Part shown: positions 54,720 through 64,000 of the stretch, in pieces
Layout of the letters: every line of letters starts with the position of its first letter
Numbering within the stretch: position 1 is the stretch's first letter
Assembly (NCBI GenBank): GCA_951406725.2
Contig: OX597828.1
Location: 63,488,001 to 63,552,000 of the forward strand
DNA length: 64,000 nucleotides
Source: Octopus vulgaris
Lineage: Eukaryota
Direction of reading: 5' to 3'
The notes under the pieces: generated by a model
What the model was told of the DNA's origin: nothing
Databases searched by the model: none
Seen by the model: the letters and a program-made list of their open reading frames with translations, nothing else
Translations under genes and position numbers: made by a program

Positions 54720-56481
54720 TACACATACACACACCAACACACATTCACACATACATTCACATATAAGAAAATCGAACTAAACCAACAATGCAGAAATAGA
54801 AGTAAGTGCAGCATCAAATATTATCGGTCATTGGAATACACTGTAGCATGGTAGATCTGTGGATCGTATAATCTGTGGTGTTGCGGTCATCATCAGTGCT
54901 CACTCAGTCTGCTAGAAGTAGCAGCTAAATGTTTGGATAGTGGAGTCCTAGATAAGCATAAAAAAGAAAGATGGTTACAGCGGAAATTTCTGTTGATCAA
55001 AAGGTTGCTCAGTCAAGGTTGACCTAGGGTTAAATATGGCAACACCATCAGCAATAGCAACAACGATAACGGCACCATTAGTAGCAGAAAACAACAGGCG
55101 TGCTTAGAGAGAGGGGGAGAGAGAGAAAGCGAGAAGGAAATAACGAGAGAGAAAGAGAGAGAAGGAAAGAGAGAGAGGAAGAAGGAATAGAGTGGGTGGA
55201 GATGGGGAGAGAGGGAGAGAAGGAGAGAGGGGGAGAAAGACAGAGGGGGAGAAAGAGAGAGAAGGACTAGATAGAGAAAGGGTAAGAGAGAGAGAGAGAG
55301 GAGGGAAGGAGAGAGAGAGAGCAGTGACCAAATGTTGACACTGCATGTCTTGGAATTTAAGACTTGGTGTTGAAGTGTATGCGTGAAGCAATTGGTGGAG
55401 GGATCGAAACTGGTCATTTAGTCAAACTCTATAGCATAGGGACAATTTGATTATGATGGGTTAAACATCGGCAAATCGGTGAACAGAAAGGAACGGAAAA
55501 GAAAATGTCAAATGTTTGGCGAGGAAAGAAAGTCTCAAGAGAAAAAAAAGACCCTTTTTATTTGAATTCCTTTGATACCCCTCATTCACCTGAGACACCT
55601 TTGGTTATGTGACAGGAATTTTTTTTTGACTAAATTCCAAATTTCCTTCAAAATTTCCTGTTAATTTTTTTGTTTTAAGTTATTTTTCTGAACCCTTAAA
55701 ACTATATAAATATATAAATAAACAACAAATAATTTTATGTCACATCTTAACTGACCTTACACAATGACATCACAATTTATAGAATGACACATTTTTACAA
55801 AAATTACATTTTATTCAATATCTTAATTAAATAATATTTTAATTAAGATAATTGCGTATGAGCTGTAGCGTTTATTTCTGCGACATTTTACAAATTATTT
55901 TGTCACTCTTTTTTTTTTCTTTCGTAGATTCGTCTCTTTCACTCCCATATCATGACAGGAGCGAAAATATTTGAAGAAACAAGTCAGATAATCGACATTA
56001 ATGTTATTAATTTCCAAATATTTTGAAACCAGCAATAAAACAGACATTTAAACAACAACAACAACAACAACGTCGACTACGACGACAACACAACAACAAC
56101 AGCAGTAGCAGCAGCATCAACAACAACAATAGTCCACAAACTTATTTTAGATCAGTAGTGGTGGTACTTTTAAGTTCGCCGTCTCGAAATATATAATTTC
56201 TGTAATAAACCTGTTACAGAATATCACTTGAATGTATTCATGTGTTTTCGTTGAAGGTAAATACTTACAAGAGTAGCTTCTTTATTAAATGATTGCTAAC
56301 GAGAAATTTTTTAAAGTCAAACTCCATTATGTGTCACTTTAAAAAACACCGCCCATTTCTGCCGACTCTCACCATCACTGTTTTAGATCTTTCAATGTGT
56401 AATTTTATGGTTATAAAGAAATCAAAGCCAAGTATACAATATTTACTGATACATACATACATACATACATACATACATACA

Positions 56482-56517
<36 letters not shown>

Positions 56518-56526
56518 TATATATTG

Positions 56527-56695
56527 TGAGAATTTCAAAAAGCAAAAGACGATGAAGGGTGTGTCAACAACAAACAGATGTATTAGTTTAACACTCGGAA
56601 AGTGAGAAAGTCTTTTACGTTTCGACCCTACGCTCTTCGACAGAAAGGATCACAGAAATTAACAGGGAGAGAAAATAGAAAAAAGGTTTGGTGGG

Positions 56696-56700
<5 letters not shown>
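56527..56700 (-). mobile_element. Solo Penelope-like pLTR with CUGUCGA hammerhead variant (56611-56648)
   Basis: Homologous to 53463-53644; (TA)n flanks. Confidence 0.8.
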
Positions 56701-56773
<73 letters not shown>

Positions 56774-56914
56774 TATGTATATATGTATGTATGTATGTAT
56801 ATTCTTAGCTACAATAGCGACAACATGGATTTCTTCCATCTTTTTGCTCTGTTAAAGTATTTGAGTAAAATTATATTAATATGTCCGACTGATTAAAATT
56901 ATATTTATTTCTTT

Positions 56915-57002
56915 GTGCAGCTGAGGATAGCCCTGTATTTAAATTGATGTAACGATTGCATTGTTTAATTAAATGGACCCGCTTGAAACGGTCGTACTGC
57001 AC
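56915..57002 (+). ncRNA. Type I hammerhead ribozyme with long stem II
   Basis: GTGCAG-CTGAGGA-tAGC...GCTt-GAAAC-GGTC-GTA^-CTGCAC; perfect 6-bp stem I. Confidence 0.75.
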
Positions 57003-57031
57003 CATTTCTTGATATCCTGTTGCTTATTTTG

Positions 57032-57079
<48 letters not shown>

Positions 57080-57458
57080 TATTTCGGGGCGATCATTTTT
57101 TTATATTCGTTCTTCACTTGTTTATTATTGTTCTTATTTCATGTCCATAGTCTGGAAATTTTTCATCACACACCTATGACCGCTTCTGTGACTCTCCATC
57201 TCACGTGTCTCCTCCTATTCTCTTTAGTCCATTCTGTCTTTCTATGGTGTGGATCCTTATCTACGCATGCGTTAGCATCTGTCTATGAGTTTTGTATGTG
57301 CATTTTGTGTTTTATGTATATGCGTTTGCTTGTTATTCTGTTTATCTCCGTGCCCTTTATATAGTTTCTTTTCCATTTATTTACTTATTTATTTCTATTT
57401 TCCCACCATTTCATCTTAAGTATGTGTGTGTGTGTCTTTTGTGCCTATATATATGGAT

Positions 57459-57965
57459 TTATGCATTATACTGTTTGCATCTGTGTCTTTTTTTTCCTTC
57501 CATAGTTATCATGTTGCCTAATGTACTGGTGGAGGTGTTATTGTTCCATTCGTGCTTTCTGTTGAGGTTTGGTCTGTCTATTACTATATATGTGGCTTCT
57601 GTAATCTGTTTAAGTGTCGTGACTGTTATATGTATTGATAATACCTTAACCGCTATATTATTAACAGAGCCTCTATGTTCTAATTGAGTATAATGGTGGA
57701 GCACTGTTTGAGCTCCCGTTAGTATTCACCTATCCGATCCCCTATGCTACGTGCCATCTCCCCAAAGAAAGTTGTTGTCATGTTTTTGCACCGTCCCTCA
57801 GTACATCGTATGCTATAGACAACATTCCTAATTTTACAGTTAACCTGTGGGTTCATTCTGCATACTATGCAGTTGTTCTCCGTACATGGAGATCTATCGA
57901 ATGGATATGTTCTACAGATCAGGGATTTCATGGAGGTCCCTGGCCTTTCTGCCACTTCTACTACA
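57459..57965 (-). mobile_element. Penelope-like GIY-YIG endonuclease pseudogene fragment (second family)
   Basis: PCTENNCIVC...NCKIRNVVYSIRC...FFGEMARSIGDRIGEY, then LHHYTQLEH...KQITEATYI..RPNLNRKHEW. Confidence 0.85.
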
Positions 57966-59404
57966 TAAACGCAATATATATATATAATGCTATTATAGAC
58001 AGGTAAAACAGCCGCGCGTGTCTTACTATTTCCTCTGAAAAGTTATCTGCTTTGGATATTCTAAACATAGGACCAAGTGTCGGTCAACCTGCATTTCTTA
58101 CCTCACTGCTCTTTGATATTCCATCTGCCGATTGTGAGAGCATCAAATGGTTACTATGAGAAGTAACGCAAACATATCTTAAAAAAAAAAGAATGGGTGC
58201 ACGGAAATAGTCAAAAGAACATAAGTCACAGAAAACGTCACAATTTTAAGACGGAAAAAACTCATAGGGAATACAATTTTTTTGTCTTGTATACCAAAAA
58301 TAATTAAGCAATTAAACAAAGCGTGCACGACTTGTACGCAAATAACATCACGATTTAAGTAATGTCATTTACACGTCTGCCTCGGGAAACCGTTTATATT
58401 TAATATCTTAAAACAATAAAACCAATTATTGCTTTCTATTGGAAGTTTCCTTTTGTTTCGTTTTTCCAACCTTGTTTTGTCAAAAATAAATAAATAAATG
58501 AAGCAAAATATAAGAAAAATAACTCTGCAAATAACAAATACATATTATTCTGATGATATTGTAAATAAGTTTGTTGATTTGTTTATTGTTTAAACGTGTT
58601 TTAATCATTGACTAATTACGACAATGTTGTCAAGAACAGAATTAATATTGATTGATTTTGTCTGACTTAGCAGCATTAAACTAATAAATATTTTCTTTTG
58701 TCGTGTAGGTGGGGAAAATTAGCGAAGTTCGTCTAAAACTGCCTTGAAGCATTACAACAACAACAACAACAACAACAACAGACCAACGAATAATCAACAA
58801 CAACAAAAAAAAACATATAAAAGGCGAAAAATTTAAAGAAAATGATAATAAATAAATAATCTCGAGGATGTTTTTCTTTTAAATGAGAAAAAATTGGTGG
58901 AAGTTGTGTTTGGAGTTGTGGATTAGTTTTCGTGTGGGTGGTCATATTTCACTGGCAGCAGACAAGAAGATAAAAGACAACAGAGACAGGCTCAGTGTTG
59001 TTGTTGGTGGTGATGGTGATGGTGGTGTTGGTGGTGGTGCTTATGGTTTTGTCTGGAAGAGGGTGGTGTGCTATGCTCTTCCCAGATCGTCTTAAGTCTG
59101 ACAAAAGCTGCGTTGCGTTGAATATTCCTCTTGAAAAGTCGAAGGCAGCAGAAAAATTTGGTGACTGATGGGAATTTCCTGAGGGATGACGTTCTGGGAA
59201 AGAAGGGCTGAGAATTGCAGTGAGTAGAAGTTTCTGGGAGGGAGAACACAATATCGCTGGTAGGAACAAGAGTGGAAAGGTCTATGTAAATATGACAAAG
59301 TCCAGCCAGGTCTGAGAGGCAGTGGCCAGAGTAGTAGGGGTAAAAAACCCCGAGAAACAACACAGTACCTGAGAGAAAAAAAGTTTGGATGTTATTGGTT
59401 GGTT

Positions 59405-59580
59405 TGTGTCGACATCGGTCAGTCGCAGGATTACTCCCTTTTACCGGCTGAGTGGACTGGCGCAACGGGGAATGAAGTGTTTTGCTCAAGAATACAACGT
59501 ACACTGCCTGGTAGAGGAACAGAAACCAAGATCTTACCATCGCGAGTGAAACATCTTAACAACCACTAAGTCACGCGTGT
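59405..59580 (-). mobile_element. Decayed tRNA/CORE-type SINE
   Basis: Minus strand TTCTTGAGCAAAACACTTCATT and tRNA-like head. Confidence 0.65.
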
Positions 59581-59586
59581 TTTTCA

Positions 59587-59619
<33 letters not shown>

Positions 59620-59770
59620 CCTTGATTTCATAGGAAGAGATGACAGGCCCTTTTGCGCAATCAGTGTAACGATTACCTGGTAGTAACATAGTTTTAGTAC
59701 TGTGTATGTATACGTGTATATGTGTGTGTGCGTGTATGTATGTATATATATATATATACACACATATATA

Positions 59771-59850
<80 letters not shown>

Positions 59851-59969
59851 CACACATAATATATGCAAAAGTGCATACATTTACAGTTACTAGATACGTA
59901 TGGCTGCCTATTTATCTGTTCTCTCTACGTACATCCATGCGTGTATACGTGTGTGTGTATATATATATA

Positions 59970-60184
59970 TTCTTCCTTCCAAGGAATCTAATGCGCTTGG
60001 CTTAGATTAACCTTTGGGGCTGGCCAGGTCGGAGCAATCTCAAGATTAATCAGCCGAAATTGCGAAGATGATCCGGTTCTTGACTGAAGATCGAAGGCTT
60101 CGAATGTCCCGTCTGTGTTTTTTGTATCATTCGTCTTCTAAATGTGTTGCGTTCTTGTACCAGTTTGTGTTTTTTTACATTTAT

Positions 60185-60186
<2 letters not shown>
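59970..60186 (+). mobile_element. (TA)n-flanked structured repeat with rearranged hammerhead-like domain (copy 2)
   Basis: Reverse-complement match to about 22354-22558. Confidence 0.8.
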
Positions 60187-60252
<66 letters not shown>

Positions 60253-60471
60253 ATATATATATAATATGCATATGTACACACACATACATACTCATCATAT
60301 ATGTGTGCGTGCCTCTCTAAATATATATATATGTGTATATGTATACATACATACATACATACATACATACATACATACATACATACATACATACATGCAT
60401 GCATGCATGTAAGTTCGTGCCATTGTCTGTACGTATAACTGTCTATCTGTCAACCTATCCCTCTCTTTGTC

Positions 60472-60503
<32 letters not shown>

Positions 60504-60599
60504 CACCTAATTAGAGTGTTAAAGTGTCGAATTTTATCTGACCTTTGACAGGTCAATTTGGGTTGCTTTGTTTACCACGAGCCTTGAATGCGTTGAGAT

Positions 60600-61279
<680 letters not shown>

Positions 61280-61613
61280 ACGCAAACATATATATGGCCA
61301 CATCACTGGCTGAAATAAATAAAACTATGTATATATATATACATAGGTTTCTGTCATTGGACAGGGCCATGCTGGGGCACCATCTAGAAGAGTAATTAGT
61401 GCATTGTATGGAATAGTATAAAAGTACTCAGCACACAGTGTAAACTATAATTATGTTTATTCCGCTGCGGTTCTTTTCCGGTTCTTATGTCTCTCGTTTA
61501 CACGTTCCTCAAAATGGCAATACAGACGCATAATTGCGAAATTGAAGTAACAGCTTCAGTTATACATATATACATAAACATACATATACATACAGACATA
61601 TGTATGATATGTC

Positions 61614-61672
<59 letters not shown>

Positions 61673-62746
61673 GACTGTGTGATGTTTGTGTGTGTGTATC
61701 TTGTATTAAAAAATACTGGAGACCCTCAGTATTATTTGTATTCTGAATTTTTGTATAATATTTAGTTCGAAATATAGAAAGCATGTCATTTTCATCTCAC
61801 TGTCTACGAAGTAAGGTGATGGATCAAGGAAAGAAAGGTGAAATAAAGTAGGAGTAATTTCTCTTTCATCCATTCCTTCTTCCTCTCCCCGTCTCTCAGC
61901 GGAAAAGTGGAATAAAAGAAAACTAGAGAATGAAGCAAGGTAGAGAATAAAGAAGGATATGGAATAAAGACAGATGGAAAGTGAAAAAAGAGGGATAATA
62001 CATAATGACAGGGTCATAGATAAAGTGTAAAAGAAGAATGATGACATTGATGGCAGTGCCATGTTTGTGCGACGTCAAACTTTCTGTTTTCTTCCGTCTG
62101 TTCTTTTTAATCTTTGTATTTTTTAAAGTTTTTATCTGTCTTTCTGGAATGGAGGAATGAAGGGTGACAGAAAATGACACACATGAAAATAGTGACAAAG
62201 ACACATACATACATACATGCATACATACATACATGCATACATACATACATGCATACATACATACATGCATACATACATACATACATGCATACATACATAC
62301 ATGCATACATACATACATGCATACATACACACACATACATACTTATATACATACATACAGCTACCTGATATGACAACCATTGTTCTGATGACACCTACGA
62401 AGGTAGAGATGGATATAACAAATGTCCTCATGTCTCCAGAAAAAACAGACTTTTCAGTAATATTTTATCCATTCCAACAATGTTTATTTTTTGACATTAT
62501 TCTCCCTTTGCATTTGGAGTCGATCGCAATTTCCACCAGGCCTTTGTTTATTTCCCTTCGAAGAGAAAATAAGTTCAATAAACCGAGAAATTATTTTGTT
62601 TGGCAATCAATATAAAGAGATTCAGTTTTGTTGTGAGAATTCATGTACCTGACTTCACTGAGCTATTTCTTTCAGTTAATTTTTGTTATTTTGAGTCTTG
62701 TGTGTGTATGTGTGTATGTAACTAGACGCACGACTGAGTTCATCTA

Positions 62747-62790
<44 letters not shown>

Positions 62791-63109
62791 CTTATGCACC
62801 GGAAGTGCTCTACAAGTAATTAGAAATTAGTTGGGACTATGACCAATGTCTTCGTGAAAACGTAAGCGAAAAAATGAATCTTCGTTGGTGGTCTTCGAAA
62901 CATCTAGATGTTTCTATGACTGCACACTCTTTTAGACGGTGTTTTGAGATATACAATAAGTTAGGGAGAGAAACAGATAAAGATAGGGAGAGAGAAGGGA
63001 AAGAAAGGTTCCCGTGAAGTCTTTCAATAAATAGCGCACCACCTCAAATGGATTCAATATAAAAAGCGCGTTTATACAGACTTCAGACTTAGACTTCGGT
63101 CTGACATGA

Positions 63110-63385
63110 ACCGTGGAACCCACAAGGCTGGGGATTAACTCACTTCCCATGGCGTATAAGTGACTGAAGTTATGGCGCCCCTCCCCACTGAACGGAACGC
63201 CGGTCTGTGACGGAGTTGACTTTCCAGTTGATGCTGGGATTCGTTTGACCGTTGAGGGGACTGGAGCAACGTGAAATAAAGTGTTTTGCTCAAGAGCCCA
63301 ATTAAACATTTGATCCGGGAATCGAAACCACGAATGATCGTGAGCGAAACACCCTAACTACTGGATCATGCGACTTCACTGGAGC
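63110..63385 (-). mobile_element. tRNA/CORE/V-type SINE
   Basis: Minus strand GGTTTCGATTCCC, CTCTTGAGCAAAACACTT, CACAGACCGGCGTTCCGTTC; same family as 40567. Confidence 0.75.
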
Positions 63386-64000
63386 TGTAAGATCTTGGGG
63401 CCACAATGTGCGTTCGACGTATACAAGCTCACTGAGTCCTGTAATTCGCATCATCTCACACGAAAAGCCGGTCTCTTCACCAATGGACGAGCCGAGAGAT
63501 CTCCGTGAAGTTATGTTGAAGATTCCTAAAAAGGATGAAATAGTACTATACTTAATTACGATTAGAGAGAGATCGTGCGATTTTCCCCTTAAATAATAAG
63601 AAAAGCATTTAAATTGTGTGTGTTTATCTATGTAAATTTTCCTTTTCTTTTCCATATTTCTTGATTGCAAATATTTAATCTCACCTCATATAGTTACCCG
63701 CCTTTGTATAAACTATCAGCCAGAGGTCGCTACACGTATTTGAAAAATATATTTTACTGAAACAGCGGAAATTCCCTCAGAGCATAGATATAAGAAGGGA
63801 TCTTAACAACCAGGATTCGAATACTCTTTTGACACAACTATCTTAATTTGAAAGCATGATTAAACCATATGAAATATCGCACCTCCTTCACATCCACATC
63901 CCTTGGCAACAACTCTCTCCTCCTCCTCCTTCTTTTGATATGGCGCTGCTTCAGACAGCTTTGCATAAAATAAGACAAACCACGTCGGTGTGATTTATCT

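Noticed and set aside
62380-62420. CUGAUGA-ACCU/AGGU-GAGA hammerhead-like motif
   Set aside because: GAAA is broken and there is no properly registered NUH site.

Overview
This is a repeat-saturated, AT-rich eukaryotic intergenic or intronic window with no supportable host protein-coding gene. Almost all ORF-track entries are microsatellite translations. The tRNA-derived SINE families and the extreme microsatellite load look like an octopus/cephalopod genome (inference). Recognisable content is decayed mobile DNA: at least three R4/Dong-type RLE LINE families tied to (TAA)n, RTE, CR1 and Jockey/CR1-like LINE fragments, Gypsy integrase/LTR remnants, DD37D (maT) and mariner fragments, two non-autonomous Helitrons, several SINE families, and Penelope-like (GIY-YIG) fragments. 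The most notable signal is RNA structure: about 14 hammerhead-ribozyme (HHR) motifs sit in short inserts, mostly flanked by (TA)n. They include a 360-bp circularly permuted retrozyme-like unit with a U3:A8 core, a family fixed for an A6U core variant, and three unrelated sequence families (22.4/60.0 kb, 51.1 kb, 16.5 kb) sharing a rearranged, non-circularly permuted hammerhead architecture. All folds were derived by eye and are untested.
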